Positions 62,063 through 64,000 of a stretch of 64,000 nt of DNA are shown piece after piece. The DNA comes from the human T2T-CHM13v2.0 reference genome, Homo sapiens. Each line of letters opens with the position of its first letter. The first letter of the stretch is position 1. A program made the translations under genes and the position numbers. The notes beneath the pieces are model-generated. The model saw only the letters and a list, made by a program, of their open reading frames with translations. It ran no database searches and was not told the DNA's origin. The stretch is from NCBI RefSeq assembly GCF_009914755.1, contig NC_060938.1, one strand, 5' to 3'.

Positions 62063-64000
62063 TGCTTGTGATGATTTTCATTTAATGGTGTTCTACAAAG
62101 TGAGTTTAGGCAATGAAAGCGCACATGTCATCTATAGTTTACCAGAAAGTAGTACCAGTCACCAGCATTGAAGCATACCCCTAACACTGGAAAATTTCTT
62201 CAGCAGCCAGAATTAATCTCAGATTTTGAGACTGGAGCAAAGACTAATTTGGTATGTGTTCATTCAGATTAGTAAATCTCCATGGTGTTTGAACTGTATA
62301 ATATCAAATCTAAAATAAGTCAAAAGAGTTGAACAATGTCTCATCTCTGAGAAAAAAATGCATTATTTTCAACAGATTTAAGACTGAATTTAAAATCCAA
62401 CTGCCTATTCTAGTGTATGTTTCTCTAGAATAAGGCCAAGCCCTACAAATTCTGGATAGTGTCCTCCAAGTTGTGTTTCAGTGATAATTGATAAATCTAT
62501 GGTTTAGATACATATGGAATTCCATATAATTCTAGCTCCAGCCTTTGTGTGTAAAAATTGGCAGTGATCATGGCCTTAATGGAGGCATGTGGTTAATTGG
62601 AATTTTCGGTACCAAAAGTCGTCTTCTTAGTAGTTTATCAGGGTACCCTATAATAGTATCCATAACTCATTGCCCACTTGTCTGTTTTGATTTCTTTTTT
62701 AAAAAGACAATTTTAAACTTAGAGGATTTGTACCTCAAGTCACATATGTGGCACATTTATAAAATAATCATGCCTTTGCATATTTTTCCCTTGATATCTT
62801 AGCTATATATCCAAGCCATTTATGTTTTTTAATTGCCACAAATATTGCACTGAAATAGAGCACTAGTTGCAAAAATGCCTGGTATAACATTTCTTCTTGT
62901 TCTTGAAAGTTATTTTAATACCCCATGTTTAAGATATTCCTAGACAACTATATGTAACTATAATTATTTCTGCTAGGTAGAAACATCTTTGTGGTCAACA
63001 TTTGTGAAGCGCCTTGTAAATAAAAATATGCTTGAGTAGAAATAGTATTTTGTAAATATATCCCTAAATAGAGCTACTGATTTTACCAAGAATTAAAGAC
63101 TCCAAACTCTGTCTTTGTCTTTCAAATTAAGTTTATAGGATCATCTCATTACAATGAGCCAAAAGCCTATCTGATCATTAATGAGATAATTTTGACACTT
63201 CCAAATGACACAGCTAATTTGTACTAGGTTTTTGAAGTGCAAATTACATGTTTCTGTTTAAATAATGACAGTAAAATATGGACACTATCTAGTCACAGTC
63301 TATATACACAACTACAACATGTCTCTAGAAGAAAAGTTTAATTTTTCAGGTCTCATTCACAAAATGAAGTGTTAATAAGCTGTATCTTTATTCTCACTTT
63401 TAAGTAATTTCTTCTTAACCATCGTATAACACTACCAAAGTTTGTATGGAGATAAAATAAATCATGGTGAGAAATCCAGTTCTTTAAAAAATCATTTTAC
63501 CTTCAATCACTTTTAGGATGTCTATGGTTTCAGAGTAAGGACAAAAATTTATAAACATTGTTAAATTATGCAACTGTTTTTGAAGATGCTTCAAAATTAC
63601 ATTTTCCTTATTTTACAACTAGTTTTCATGTATTCACAAATGAGACACATGAGAATTATTAATGCAAAAGCAAAGCATATCAACAAAGTTTATAATGTAA
63701 ATGGTTTAGTTAGGAAAGAATGTAATGAGTGAATTATCAAAGCTATTTTATTGGTTCCTAGATTTACCATAGAAGAAAATAAAGCAGCCTTATAAAAATT
63801 TCTCAGCACTGAGTCCATTTAAGGTCTTCTTTGTATGCCGTAAGTTCTACAAAATGTTATTGCTGGTAAAAACAGGGTGCCTATCTAAAATTGTCTTTTT
63901 GAAGGTTCTCTCTTATTCTTCTTCCCTTCCTATGTGTGCACAGAATACTGTCATTGTCTTGATTGGAACACTGTCTCTCTTTCTCAGAGGGTGTACATTT

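Overview
This is AT-rich primate (probably catarrhine or hominoid, since AluY-like and L1PA4/5-like elements are present) non-genic DNA made largely of retroelements. I find no intact protein-coding, RNA or CRISPR genes. The ORF-track hits I can recognise are L1, ERV or Alu fragments; the rest are short ORFs without recognisable motifs. Positions 1-26 kb are a nested stack. An old L1 is cut by a MER52-type LTR and a class I ERV internal region carrying an env TM relic, and that region holds an L1PA7-like element and about ten Alus. An apparent rearrangement junction at ~19.29 kb is followed by a deleted HERV-K(HML-3) provirus inserted into the dUTPase of a HERV-K(HML-1) provirus. Positions 26-64 kb contain old L1, LTR and DNA-transposon debris, candidate orphan exons and a full-length L1PA4/5-like element. 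The best finding is that the L1PA7-like copy is a retrotransposed spliced L1 mRNA: its 5'UTR deletion matches a GT-AG intron still visible in the second L1 of this window. Subfamily names come from recalled consensus sequences, not a database search, and boundaries of old elements are approximate. I see no evidence of a wholly new biological system.
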